Below, one piece after another: positions 19,347 through 29,137 of a stretch of DNA of 64,000 nt. How positions within the stretch are numbered: the stretch's first letter is position 1; each line of letters starts with the position of its first letter. Origin of the DNA: Anaeromyxobacteraceae bacterium (GTDB taxonomy: Bacteria > Myxococcota > Myxococcia > Myxococcales > Anaeromyxobacteraceae); the NCBI GenBank assembly GCA_047602405.1, contig JASGHJ010000002.1, positions 96,001 to 160,000 of the forward strand, read 5' to 3'. The position numbers were made by a program, and so were the translations under genes. The notes below the pieces were generated by a model. The model did not search any database. It was not told the DNA's origin and worked only from the letters and a program-made list of their open reading frames with translations.

Positions 19347-22058
19347 GTGCTCCTCGCCCTCGCCGCCACCCTCGGGCTCGCCACCGGCGCGCCCGCCGCC
19401 GCCCCGGTCTCAGGCCCCGCCGCCGCCCTGCGCGTCGACGAGGCTCCGCCGCTGCTCGACCTGCCCGCCGACGTCCGGGCGGTCCGGGCCCAGGTGGAGC
19501 TCGAGGTCGATCCCGCGGCGGACGGGTTCCGGGGGAGCATCGCGCTCGAGGTGACGCTCGCGGAGCCGCGCCGGGTGATCTGGCTCCACGGCCGCGGGCT
19601 CTCGGTGGACGAGGCCGCCGTCGAGGCGGGCGGGGTGAAGGCCCCCGCCGCGTACGCGCAGGTCACGCCGGAGGGCGTCGCGTCCCTCACGCTCGCGGCC
19701 CCGGTCGGACCCGGGCCGGCGACGCTGCGCCTCCGCTGGCACGCGCCCTGGGGCGCGCTCGCCGGCCTCTACGTCTCGCGCCAGGGCGAGGACCGCTACG
19801 CGGTCACGCACCTCGAGGCCGTCGATGCGCGCGGCCTCCTGCCGTGCTTCGACGAGCCCTCGGCGAAGATCCCCTGGGAGCTCACGCTCACCGTGCCGGA
19901 CGGGCTCACCGCGATCTCGAACCAGCCCGCGGCGTCCAGCGTGGCGCTCCCCGGCGGGAAGCGAAAGGTGGTCTTCGCGAGGACGCGGCCGCTCCCGAGC
20001 TACCTGCTCTTCGTCGGGGTGGGGCCGTTCGACGCCGTGCCCGACGGGCCGCTCCCGCCGAACGAGGTCCGGCCCCGCGCGCTGCCGGTGCGCGGGCTCG
20101 CGCCGCGCGGGCGCGGCAAGGAGCTCGAGGTGGCGCTCGAGCAGGGGGCGCGGATCGTGCCGGCCCTGGAGCGCTACTTCGGCGTGGCCTACCCCTACGA
20201 CAAGCTCGACCACGTCGTGATCAGCGACTTCGCCCCGGGCGGGATGGAGAACGCCGGGGCCATCGCCTACCGCGACACCGCGTTCCTCTTCTCGGACGGG
20301 CGCACGCCCGAGGCGATGCGGCGCCGCATCGCCTCGCTCACCTCGCACGAGCTCGGCCACCAGTGGTTCGGCGACATGGTCACGCTGCGCTCCTGGACCG
20401 ACGTGTGGCTCAACGAGGCCTTCGCGAGCTGGGTGACGCCGAAGGGGCTCGCCCCCTGGCCCGCCTGGCGCGCGGAGCTCCAGGTCCTGCGCGGCGCCGG
20501 CGACGCGATGGATCGCGACGGCTTCGCCTCGGCGCGCAAGATCCGCCAGCCGCTCGCGCGCATCTCGGAGGTCGGGCTGCAGTTCGACGTGATGAGCTAC
20601 CAGAAGGGCGCGGCCGTGCTCGCGATGTTCGAGCGCTTCGCCGGGCCCGAGAAGTTCCGCGCGGGCGTGAAGGCCTACCTCGAGCAGCACCGGGACGGCG
20701 TCGCCACCACCGCCGACTTCCTCCAGGCGCTCTCCGCGGCGGCGGGCCGCGACCTCGGGCCGGCGTTCTCGTCGTTCCTCGACCAGCCCGGGGTGCCCCT
20801 CGTGCGCGCCGAGCGCGTCTGCGAGAAGGGGAAGGCGAGCGTGCTCCTGCGCCAGTCCCGCTGGCAGCCGCGCGGGGCGGCGCCCGCGCCCGCCCAGCTC
20901 TGGAGGATCCCGGTCTGCGTGCGGGCCGGCGCCGGCAAGGAGAGCGCCGAGGCCTGCACGCTCCTCGAGGAGGCGGAGGGGGTGCTCGACCTGCCCGGGC
21001 CCTGCCCGGACTGGATCCACCCGAACGCCGGCGGCGCCGGCTACTACCGCTTCGCGCTCGAGGGGCCGGACCTCGCGCGCCTCCTCGGCCGCGGGCTCCC
21101 GTCGCTGACCGCGGCGGAGAAGATCTCGGTCGGCCAGTCGATCGAGGCGGCCGAGGCCGCCGGGCAGCTGCGCTACGCCGAGCTCGCCGGCGCCGCGGTC
21201 GCGCTCGCCCGGGACCCGGACCTCGACGTTGCCCTCTCGGTGCGCGGCGTCTTCGAGGACGCGCGCGTGCGGCTCGTGCCGCCGGCGGAGCGCGCGGCGG
21301 TGGAGGCCGCCGTGGTGCGCCTGTACCGCCCGGCCTTCGACCGGCTCGGCTGGTACCCGCGCGGCGGCGAGGACGTCGAGGCCCGCCGCCACCGCGCCGA
21401 GCTCTTCGACCTCCTCGTCTCGACCGGCCGCGATCGCGAGCTGCGCGCCGAGGCCGTCGCGAAGGCGGCCGGGTGGCTCGGCCTCGACGGGAAGACCCCC
21501 GACCCCTCCGCGGTCCCCATCGACCTCGTCGCGACCGCGCTCTCGGCCGCGGTGCAGGACGACCCGCGCGCCTTCGACGCCGCGCTCTCTCGCGCGCCGG
21601 ACGCGAAGGGCGGGCAGCGCTACCAGCTCCTCACTGCGCTCCGCCGCACCACCGATCCGGCGCGGTTCGCGAAGGCGTGGGCGCTCAAGGACGACCCGCG
21701 GCTCGGCAAGCGCGAGCGGCTCTCGGCGGTCTCGGAGTGGCCGGAGGAGGCGCAGCCGCTCGTCACCGAGGCGTTCCTCGCCGACGTCGACGCGATCGTG
21801 AAGCTCCTCCCCACCGAGAACGTCTCCGGCCTGCCGCGGCTCGCGGGCCGGCCCTGCGACGCCGTGCGCGCGGCCCGCGTGAAGGCCGCGCTCGAGCCGC
21901 GCGTCGCCGCCGAGCCGGGCATGCGCCGCCCGCTCGATCAGCTCCTCGAGGGCGCCGCGATCTGCGCGGCCGCGCGCGACGCGAACGGGGAGGCGGCGGC
22001 GAAGGCCTTCCGGGTGCTGGGCAGGGCGCCGGCGAAGGCGAGCGGGGGGAGGCCGTGA
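19347..22058 (+). CDS. M1-family aminopeptidase, exported
   Basis: GGAGG RBS and signal peptide; PCFDEP, GGMENAG, HELGH...WLNEAFA, YQKG; ERAP1-like C-terminus. Confidence 0.93.
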   Translation: MLLALAATLGLATGAPAAAPVSGPAAALRVDEAPPLLDLPADVRAVRAQVELEVDPAADGFRGSIALEVTLAEPRRVIWLHGRGLSVDEAAVEAGGVKAPAAYAQVTPEGVASLTLAAPVGPGPATLRLRWHAPWGALAGLYVSRQGEDRYAVTHLEAVDARGLLPCFDEPSAKIPWELTLTVPDGLTAISNQPAASSVALPGGKRKVVFARTRPLPSYLLFVGVGPFDAVPDGPLPPNEVRPRALPVRGLAPRGRGKELEVALEQGARIVPALERYFGVAYPYDKLDHVVISDFAPGGMENAGAIAYRDTAFLFSDGRTPEAMRRRIASLTSHELGHQWFGDMVTLRSWTDVWLNEAFASWVTPKGLAPWPAWRAELQVLRGAGDAMDRDGFASARKIRQPLARISEVGLQFDVMSYQKGAAVLAMFERFAGPEKFRAGVKAYLEQHRDGVATTADFLQALSAAAGRDLGPAFSSFLDQPGVPLVRAERVCEKGKASVLLRQSRWQPRGAAPAPAQLWRIPVCVRAGAGKESAEACTLLEEAEGVLDLPGPCPDWIHPNAGGAGYYRFALEGPDLARLLGRGLPSLTAAEKISVGQSIEAAEAAGQLRYAELAGAAVALARDPDLDVALSVRGVFEDARVRLVPPAERAAVEAAVVRLYRPAFDRLGWYPRGGEDVEARRHRAELFDLLVSTGRDRELRAEAVAKAAGWLGLDGKTPDPSAVPIDLVATALSAAVQDDPRAFDAALSRAPDAKGGQRYQLLTALRRTTDPARFAKAWALKDDPRLGKRERLSAVSEWPEEAQPLVTEAFLADVDAIVKLLPTENVSGLPRLAGRPCDAVRAARVKAALEPRVAAEPGMRRPLDQLLEGAAICAAARDANGEAAAKAFRVLGRAPAKASGGRP

Positions 22059-22426
22059 GCGTGGCCTACGACGCCGAGCGCGCCCCCGACGCCGCGCCCT
22101 GGTCCGCGGCCTCCCGGGAGGACCGGGTCCGCGCGGTCGAGGCGTTCCACGCCGCGAGCCAGGCGCCGCACCCGCCGATCGAGCGCGCCCGCATCCACGC
22201 GGCGCTGCACGTGGTGGTCGAGGACCAGCTCGCGAAGGGCGAGCCGCCGGAGGCCGCGCGCGCGGTCGCGCGGCTCGTGGCGGGCGGGGCGACCCGGCAC
22301 GCGGCCCTCCACGAGGTGGGCCGGGTCGCCTCGGCGGCGCTCCAGGCCGCGCTCACGACGGGCAGGTTCGACGCGGAGGCCTACGCCCGCGCGCTCGACG
22401 CGCTGGGGGTTCCGCCGCCGCCGTGA
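22055..22426 (+). CDS. DUF1841-like hypothetical protein
   Basis: GTGA overlap; HAALHVVVEDQL...RHAALH. Confidence 0.7.
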   Translation: MSVAYDAERAPDAAPWSAASREDRVRAVEAFHAASQAPHPPIERARIHAALHVVVEDQLAKGEPPEAARAVARLVAGGATRHAALHEVGRVASAALQAALTTGRFDAEAYARALDALGVPPPP

Positions 22427-22449
22427 GGGCGGCGTGCTAAGGATCGGGC

Positions 22450-22827
22450 GTGCAAAAGCTCCTCCTCGTCTGCGCCGGCGGCGCGTTCGGCAGCGGCGCG
22501 CGCTACCTCGTCCAGACGCTCGCGGTGCGGGTGTGGGGCCCCGACTGGCCGCGCGGCACCTTCGTCGTCAACGTGGTCGGCTCGTTCCTTCTCGGCACCA
22601 TCGCCTCCTCGCTGGGCGGCCGCCCCGACGCCGAGCACCTCCGGCTCCTCCTCGGCGCGGGGATCATGGGCGGGTTCACGACCTACTCGTCGTTCAACGC
22701 CGAGACGCTGCAGCTCTGGGCCTCCGGCCGCCCCGTCGCCGCGGCGGCGTACCTCGCCGGCACCATCCTCACCTGCCTCGTCGCCGGCGTCGCCGGGCTC
22801 TCGGCGGGCCGGGCCATCGCGAGCTAG
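22450..22827 (+). CDS. crcB: fluoride channel CrcB/FluC
   Basis: [30 protein letters not shown]. Confidence 0.93.
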   Translation: MQKLLLVCAGGAFGSGARYLVQTLAVRVWGPDWPRGTFVVNVVGSFLLGTIASSLGGRPDAEHLRLLLGAGIMGGFTTYSSFNAETLQLWASGRPVAAAAYLAGTILTCLVAGVAGLSAGRAIAS

Positions 22828-22829
22828 TC

Positions 22830-22880
22830 CATGAACGGCCTCACCGCATGAACGGCCTCACCGCATGAACGGCCTCACCG
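22830..22880 (+). repeat. 3 x 17-bp perfect tandem repeat CATGAACGGCCTCACCG
   Basis: Copies at 22830, 22847 and 22864; a degenerate fourth (CATGAGCGGCC) contains the ABC start codon. Confidence 0.95.
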
Positions 22881-22881
22881 C

Positions 22882-23814
22882 ATGAGCGGCCCTGCCATCC
22901 GCTGCCGCGCGCTCGTGAAGCGCTACCCGGGCTCGCCCGAGGTCCTCGCCGTGAACGGGCTCGACCTCGACGTCGCGCGCGGCGAGTGCTTCGGCCTCCT
23001 CGGGCCCAACGGCGCGGGCAAGACCACCACCGTCGAGATCCTGGAGGGCCTCCTCCCGCCGACCTCCGGCGAGGTCGAGATCCTCGGCGCCCGCTGGGAC
23101 CGGGACGCGACCGGGCTCCGCGAGCGGCTCGGCATCACGCTCCAGGAGACGCACCTCCCCGAGAAGCTCACCGTGGAGGAGGTGCTGCGCCTCTTCCGCT
23201 CGTTCTACCGGACCGGCCGCGGCGTCGACGAGGTCATCGGCCTCGTCGCGCTCGAGGACAAGCGGCGCACCTGGTACGAGCGGCTCTCGGGCGGCCAGAA
23301 GCAGCGGCTCGCGGTGGCGTGCGCGCTCGTCGGCGATCCGGAGCTGCTCTTCCTCGACGAGCCGACCACCGGCCTCGACCCGCAGTCGCGCCGCCAGCTG
23401 TGGGACGTCGTCGTCGACCTCAAGCGCAAGGGGAGGACCGTCGTCCTCACGACGCACTACATGGACGAGGCCGAGCGGCTCTGCGACCGGGTCGCCATCG
23501 TGGACCGCGGCCAGGTCATCCGGAGCGGCACGCCCCGGGAGCTCGTCGCCGCAGTGGTCGGCCACGAGGTGGTCGAGTTCGAGGCGCCGGACGGCGCGGT
23601 CGGGGAAGGGGAGCTGCGCGCGCTGCCGGGCGTCGCGGGCGTCCGTCGCGCCGGCGCGGCCTGGGCGCTCACCGCCGACCGCGTGCACGTCGTCATCCCG
23701 GCGCTGCTCGGGCACCTCGAGGCGAAGGGCGTCCCGCTCACCGCGCTCTCGACGCACCGGGCGACGCTCGAGGACGTGTTCGTGACGCTGACCGGCCGGA
23801 GGCTGCGTGACTAG
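22882..23814 (+). CDS. ABC-2 type exporter ATP-binding protein
   Basis: GPNGAGKTT, LSGGQKQR, FLDEPTTGLD, TTHYMDE. Confidence 0.95.
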   Translation: MSGPAIRCRALVKRYPGSPEVLAVNGLDLDVARGECFGLLGPNGAGKTTTVEILEGLLPPTSGEVEILGARWDRDATGLRERLGITLQETHLPEKLTVEEVLRLFRSFYRTGRGVDEVIGLVALEDKRRTWYERLSGGQKQRLAVACALVGDPELLFLDEPTTGLDPQSRRQLWDVVVDLKRKGRTVVLTTHYMDEAERLCDRVAIVDRGQVIRSGTPRELVAAVVGHEVVEFEAPDGAVGEGELRALPGVAGVRRAGAAWALTADRVHVVIPALLGHLEAKGVPLTALSTHRATLEDVFVTLTGRRLRD

Positions 23815-24862
23815 CGACCCCGGCTCCCCGGTCGACCGCTTTCCGGTGCTGCAGCTCACGCTCGCGCGGCTGCGCGACTTCTTCCGGGAGCCCTCCACCG
23901 TCTTCTGGAGCTTCGGCTTCCCGGTGCTGCTCGCCGTCGCGCTCGGCATCGCGTTCCGGGCCCGGCCGCCGGAGCCCGTGCACGTCGCCGTGCAGGACGG
24001 CCCGGGCGCCGCGGAGGCCCGCGACGTGCTCCTCGCCGGGAAGGACGTGAAGGCCCGGGTGCTCGCGCCCGCCGAGGCCGCGGTCGCGCTCCGCACCGGC
24101 CGCGTCGCCATCGTCGTCGTGCCGGGCGAGCCGCCGGTCTACCGGCTCGACCCGACCCGGCCCGAGAGCCGGCTCGCGCGCGCGGTCGTGGACGATCTCC
24201 TCCAGCGGGCGGCCGGGCGCAGGGACGCCATCGGCCCGCGCGAGGAGGCGCTCACCGAGCCCGGCGCGCGCTACATCGACTTCCTCGTGCCGGGCCTGCT
24301 CGGCATGAACCTCATGTCGGCGGGCATGTGGGGGATCGGCTGGGTGATCGTCGAGCAGCGCTCGAAGAAGCTGCTCAAGCGCATGATCGCGACGCCGATG
24401 GCGAGGCGGGACTACCTCGCCTCCTTCCTCCTGATGCGACTCTTCTTCCTCGTCATCGAGGTGCCGCTCTTCCTCGGGTTCGCGGTGCTCGCGTTCGGCG
24501 TCCCCGTCCGCGGCTCGCTCGCCGCGCTGGCGCTCGTCACCACGCTCGGCGCGCTGGCGTTCAGCGGGCTCGGGCTCCTCGTCGCCTGTCGCGCGCGGAA
24601 CACGCAGACGGTCTCCGGCCTCATCAACCTCGTGATGATGCCGATGTTCCTCCTCTCCGGCGTCTTCTTCTCCGCCGACAACTTCCCCGAGATCATGCAG
24701 CCGGCCATCCGGGCGCTCCCGCTCACGGCGCTCAACGACGGGCTGCGCGCGGTGATGAACGACGGGGCCGGCCTGGCCGGCGTCGCGCCGCAGGCGCTGC
24801 TCCTCGCGGCGGTGGGGAGCGTCAGCTTCGGCCTCGCGCTGCGCCTGTTCCGCTGGTCCTCA
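23807..24862 (+). CDS. ABC-2 type exporter permease (expected stop missing at 24860-24862)
   Basis: YIDFLVPGLLGM, LSGVFF and LPLT motifs, ending in the family-typical LFRWS. The next codon is TCA, so the ORF runs on to 26002 across another gene. Confidence 0.85.
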
Positions 24863-24980
24863 GGACGTCGAGGCCGCCGGCCGACGGTACGCGGCCGCCG
24901 CCGTGCCCCGCCGCCGCGCCGTGCCCACCGTGCTGTTCGAACGCAACGGGGTTCGGACGGACCACGGCGGGGAGGCGGTC

Positions 24981-25778
24981 ATGGCGAGGCTCATCGGGGC
25001 GTTGGCGGTCGTGGTGGCGCTGGGCGCGGCGCCCGTGGCGCGCGCGCAGGACGGGGCGGCGGGGCGGGGCGACCCCCGTGGCCAGCCGGGCGGCCCGGAC
25101 CTCCAGGACCGGTGCGTCCGGCTCCTCTCCGGCGAGATCCTGGAGGGCGACGACCTCGCCCAGCTCCGGTCCCGCTGCGAGGCGCTCGTCCGCGCCGGCA
25201 CCTCCCGCGCGCAGGCCGAGCCGGGCGAGGCGGTGCGCACGAGCTTCACGCAGGCCGGCTCCGAGCTCTTCGGGCGCGGCCAGCGGCTGCCGATGGGCCA
25301 GACCCGGCGTGGACCGGTCGAGAACACGCTCATGACGAACCCGGTCGGCTGGTTCTCCGGGCTCGGCGTGAACGCCGAGTACTCCCGGCCGCTGCCGCAG
25401 TGGAACAAGGTGTCCTTCGCCGTGGGCGGGAACTACGCGCGCGCGAACGCCTCGAACGGCAACGTCACCTCGTTCGGCGCCGGCGGCGGCCTCGACCTCT
25501 TCATCCTCGGCCGCTCGAACGAGGGCCTGCGCCTCGGCGGCCGGCTGGGCTTCTCGATCGGCAACGAGGACGTCGGCAACACCACCACCTTCGCGCGCAT
25601 GAACGCGGGCGCCGAGCTGGGCTACCGCTTCATCGCCTCGAACGGGCTCTCGGCGGGGATCACCTTCGGCCTCGGCGGCCGGGTGGCGGGGGACGAGCAG
25701 AACACGCAGTTCGAGTCGCTCACCGGCTCCGGCGAGTTCGGGCCCTACTTCAAGCTCGGGGCCGGCTACTCCTGGTAG
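24981..25778 (+). CDS. outer-membrane beta-barrel protein (DUF3575-like)
   Basis: GGAGG RBS, signal peptide, amphipathic strands, C-terminal GAGYSW. Confidence 0.75.
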   Translation: MARLIGALAVVVALGAAPVARAQDGAAGRGDPRGQPGGPDLQDRCVRLLSGEILEGDDLAQLRSRCEALVRAGTSRAQAEPGEAVRTSFTQAGSELFGRGQRLPMGQTRRGPVENTLMTNPVGWFSGLGVNAEYSRPLPQWNKVSFAVGGNYARANASNGNVTSFGAGGGLDLFILGRSNEGLRLGGRLGFSIGNEDVGNTTTFARMNAGAELGYRFIASNGLSAGITFGLGGRVAGDEQNTQFESLTGSGEFGPYFKLGAGYSW

Positions 25779-26388
25779 TCAGCGGGGCCGCTCGAGCCCC
25801 AGCCGCGCGAGATCCTCCGGCGTGTTCGCGTTCTCGAACGCGCGGCCGGCGGGATTCGAGCGCGGCCCACTCCGCCTCGCTCACCTCCGCCACCCGCACC
25901 GCCGCCGCGACGTCCCACAGCGACGGGTCGCCCCCGGCGAGGAGCCGCTCGAGCGGGGCCAGGCACGCCCTCGACCAGAGCGCGTGCATGAACTGGAGGT
26001 GACCCTGCCAGCGCACGATGACCGCGTCGGCGCCGGCGCGGCGCGCGGCGAGCGCGCGGACGCCCTCCGCGGACACGAAGGGCATGTCGCACGCCGCGGT
26101 GAACACCCACGGCGCGCCCGCCGCCGAGAGCACCGCGTGGAGCCCGCCCGGCGCGCCTCTCCCGGGCAGCCGGTCCGGCACCGCGCGCAGCCCCAGCGCG
26201 GCGTACGGGGCGGGATCGTTCGCCGAGAGGAGCACCTCTCCGAAGAGCGCCGACAGCACGCGCGCGGTCCGGGCCGCGATCGACTCGCCGTCGAGCGTGA
26301 GGAGCCCCTTCGCGAGGCCGCCGAGCCGCTTCCCGCCGCCGCCCGCGAGGAGCGCCCCCGCGCAGCCGTCGATCCGTCCGTCCGTCAT
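25779..26388 (-). CDS. mobA: molybdenum cofactor guanylyltransferase, apparent frameshift at 25855/25856
   Basis: LLAGGGGKRLGG..K and ACDMPF. Removing one base restores the conserved FENANTPEDL and a stop at 25779-25781. Confidence 0.88.
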
Positions 26389-26477
26389 CGGACCGCCAGT
26401 CTACAACGCGGCGCGCAAGGCAGGCCCTCGCGAGCGCTTGGTCTTTGAGCCGGGGTCCTGTTACAAGACCCGTTTCC

Positions 26478-26810
26478 GTGAATCCGGACCAGCGCATCGT
26501 GGCCTTCCAGGCCTTCGTGGCGAAGAGCCCCGGCGACGCCTTCGCGCGCTACTCGCTCGCGATGGCGCTCCGCTCGGCGGGTCGCCTGGAGGAGGCCGTG
26601 CGGGAGTTCGAGGAGAACGTCCGCCGCTGCCCGGACTACGTGCCGACCTACCTCATGCTCGGGCAGTCGCTCGAGGCGCTCGGCCGTGCGCCGGGCGCCG
26701 CGGCCGCCTACGAGCAGGGGGTGGCGGCGGCGGGGAGGGCCGGCGATTCGCACGCCGCCTCCGAGATCGGCGGGGCGCTCGAGGCGCTCCGCGCGAAGGG
26801 AACGACATGA
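26478..26810 (+). CDS. small TPR protein
   Basis: PGDAFARYSLAM and PDYVPTYLMLGQ; ATGA overlap with fabI. Confidence 0.8.
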   Translation: MNPDQRIVAFQAFVAKSPGDAFARYSLAMALRSAGRLEEAVREFEENVRRCPDYVPTYLMLGQSLEALGRAPGAAAAYEQGVAAAGRAGDSHAASEIGGALEALRAKGTT

Positions 26811-27670
26811 GCATCGATCCGAAGGACGTGGACGTCACCCGGGCGAGGATGGAGACGGACGACGTCCGGCTCTCGCTGGGCGGCCTGATGAAGGGCAAGC
26901 GCGCCGTCATCTCCGGCGTCGCGAACGACCGCTCCATCGCGTGGGCGATCGCGGAGGCGTTCCACCGCGAGGGCGCCGAGCTCGTCTTCACCTACCCGGG
27001 CGAGGCGATGGAGAAGCGGGTGCGCCCGCTCGCCGAGTCGCTCGGCGCGAAGGCGTGCCTCGACTGCGACGTCTCGAAGGACGAGGACCTCGACCGCACC
27101 GCCGCCGAGATCGCGAAGGTGTGGGACCGGGTCGACGTCGTGCTGCACTCGATCGGCTTCGCCCCGCGCGCGGCCCTCGACGGCCGCTTCACCGACGTGA
27201 CCACCCGCGACGCATGGCGGATCACGATGGACATCTCGGCCTACTCGCTCATCGGGATGGCCCGCTCGCTGAAGCCGCTCATGAAGCCGGGCGCGTCGAT
27301 CCTGTCGCTCACGTACTACGGCGCCGAGAAGGTGGTCCGGAACTACAACGTGATGGGCGTCGCGAAGGCCGCGCTCGAGTGCGCCACCCGCTACCTCGCC
27401 GACGACCTCGGCCAGGACGGCATCCGGGTGAACAGCATCTCGGCCGGGCCCATCAAGACGCTCGCCGCCGCCGGCATCAAGGGCATGCGGACGATGCTCT
27501 CCGAGAACGCCGCGCGTACGCCGCTCCGCCGCAACGTCGAGCAGGAGGACTGCGCCCGCGCGGCCCTCTACCTGTGCAGCGACCTCGCCCGGAACGTGAC
27601 CGGCGAGATCCTCCACGTGGACGCCGGCCAGAACATCCTCGGCACGGTGTCGATGGGCGAGGAGAAGTAG
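26807..27670 (+). CDS. fabI: enoyl-ACP reductase FabI
   Basis: GVANDRSIAWAIA, HSIGFA, YNVMGVAKAALE, SAGPIKTLAA. Confidence 0.96.
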   Translation: MSIDPKDVDVTRARMETDDVRLSLGGLMKGKRAVISGVANDRSIAWAIAEAFHREGAELVFTYPGEAMEKRVRPLAESLGAKACLDCDVSKDEDLDRTAAEIAKVWDRVDVVLHSIGFAPRAALDGRFTDVTTRDAWRITMDISAYSLIGMARSLKPLMKPGASILSLTYYGAEKVVRNYNVMGVAKAALECATRYLADDLGQDGIRVNSISAGPIKTLAAAGIKGMRTMLSENAARTPLRRNVEQEDCARAALYLCSDLARNVTGEILHVDAGQNILGTVSMGEEK

Positions 27671-27728
27671 CGCCCGCGCCTTCGTAGCCCTCCTGCAGGC
27701 GGGTTTCCTCTCTGGGGGTGCCGTGGGC

Positions 27729-27971
27729 GGCCGGCTCGCCGGGCCTCTCCGCTCCTCGGGCCGTTGGGCAAAGGCCCGCCGCGCAGGGGATCCTGGAGAC
27801 GGCACCGGATCGGTGGAGACCCGCGGCACGTCCACGCGTGCCAGCCGAGTGGGACGTCCACGATGAGCTGACGTCTCCGGCTCGGCTGTCACGCTCCGTG
27901 CAGATCGCGGCTCCGTCGTTGGGCGGGCCAGCCGAAGGCCCTGCGGGGCAGAGAGGCCCGGCGATCCGGCC
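27729..27971. repeat. structured repeat unit A (terminal 21-bp inverted repeat), paralogue of unit B in opposite orientation
   Basis: 27729-27749 pairs with 27951-27971 (20/21); shares exact 18-20 bp blocks with the reverse complement of 28104-28372. Confidence 0.85.
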
Positions 27972-28028
27972 GCCTGCGATCGGGGTGATGGGTCGAGGAG
28001 GGATGGCGGACGCGTTGGAGAACTCGGA

Positions 28029-28068
28029 GAACGTGAGGCTTCAACTCCGAACGTAAGGCTTCAACTCC
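28029..28068 (+). repeat. 2 x 20-bp tandem direct repeat GAACGTRAGGCTTCAACTCC between units A and B
   Basis: 28029-28048 and 28049-28068, 19/20 identical. Confidence 0.9.
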
Positions 28069-28103
28069 GGAGCTCCGCCTCTCCCCCATCTCCACGCAAC
28101 CCA

Positions 28104-28372
28104 GGCCGCCTCGCGGGGTCTCTCCGCACCGCCGGCTTTCGGCAGGCCCGCCCAAGATCGGAGCCGCGATCTGCACCAAGCGTGACGGCCGAGGCGGCCA
28201 GCACCGCGTCACCTTCGTCACCGCCCCGCGCCCAAGACCACGCACCTCCCGCCTCGGCTGGCACGCGTGGTGGTGCCGCGGCTTTCCCATCCCCGGCACC
28301 GCCTCCACGATCCCCCACGCGGCGGGCCTTTGCCCAAGGCCAAGCGGTGCGGAGAGGCCCCGCGAGGCGGCC
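28104..28372. repeat. structured repeat unit B (terminal 29-bp inverted repeat)
   Basis: 28104-28132 pairs with 28344-28372 (28/29; the exception is G.U on the + strand). Confidence 0.85.
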
Positions 28373-28408
28373 CATCGGACAGGTCACCAGGACTGGACGA
28401 GGGAACAG

Positions 28409-29065
28409 CTACACGAACCGTCCGCGGGGCTTCTTCTCGCCCACGAATGGGTTCGTCCGCCGCTCGTCGCCGAGCCGGCCCGCCGGGCCGTGGCCCGGGT
28501 GGAAGGTGACGTCGTCGCCGAGCGGGAACAGCCGCTCGACGATCGACGCGCGAAGGGCGTCGAAGTCGCCGCCCGGGAGGTCGGTGCGGCCGACCGAGCC
28601 CGCGAAGAGCGTGTCGCCGGTGAAGAGCACCTTCGCGTCGGGGAACCACAGGCAGGTCCCGCCGCGCGTGTGCCCCGGCGTGTGGAGCACCTGCCCGACG
28701 TGCTCGCCCACCCGCACCTCGTCGCCCTCGCCGTGGCGGAGGTCGACGGTGGGCGGGGTCGCCCGCGGGAAGCCGAACATCTCGGCCTGGCCGGGCAGCG
28801 CCGCGAGCCAGGGCTCGTCCTCCGGGTGGATCGAGAACGGCGCGCCGGTCGCCTCGCGGACCGCCTCGGCCGCGGTCACGTGGTCGATGTGCCCGTGCGT
28901 CGCGAACACGCGGGTGACCTTCAGGCCGCCCGGCTCGCGGAGCCCGAGGATCCGCGGCGCCTCGTCGCCCGGGTCGACGAGCACGGCCTCGCCGGTGCGG
29001 TCGCACGCGACGAGGTAGCTGTTCTCCTGGAACGGGCCGACGACGACGCTGCGGACGACGAGCAC
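28409..29065 (-). CDS. MBL-fold metallo-hydrolase (GloC/YcbL-like)
   Basis: THGHIDH, HTPGHT, FTGDTLFAGSVGRTDLPGG, PGHG. Confidence 0.93.
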   Translation of the reverse strand: MLVVRSVVVGPFQENSYLVACDRTGEAVLVDPGDEAPRILGLREPGGLKVTRVFATHGHIDHVTAAEAVREATGAPFSIHPEDEPWLAALPGQAEMFGFPRATPPTVDLRHGEGDEVRVGEHVGQVLHTPGHTRGGTCLWFPDAKVLFTGDTLFAGSVGRTDLPGGDFDALRASIVERLFPLGDDVTFHPGHGPAGRLGDERRTNPFVGEKKPRGRFV

Positions 29066-29137
29066 GATCGCTCCCCTCGGAAACGGAAACGGGGCCGCGA
29101 GGGCCCCGTTCACGGTGCGGCGGAGGTGGCCTCCCGG

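Noticed and set aside
22427..22449. Fluoride riboswitch upstream of crcB
   Set aside because: Only 23 nt of intergenic space and no GGCGATGG-type aptamer start
22830..22880. CRISPR array (also considered for 28029-28068)
   Set aside because: Repeats are directly adjacent with no spacers, too short, and there are no cas genes
24863..26002. C-terminal fusion domain on the ABC permease
   Set aside because: Low-complexity read-through across a better gene in another frame; it follows a probably miscalled stop
27718..28308. Paralogous small proteins sharing VQIAAP.LGGPAE (27718-28056 + and 27889-28308 -)
   Set aside because: The similarity follows from the DNA inverted repeat; indels break frame correspondence and codon bias is absent
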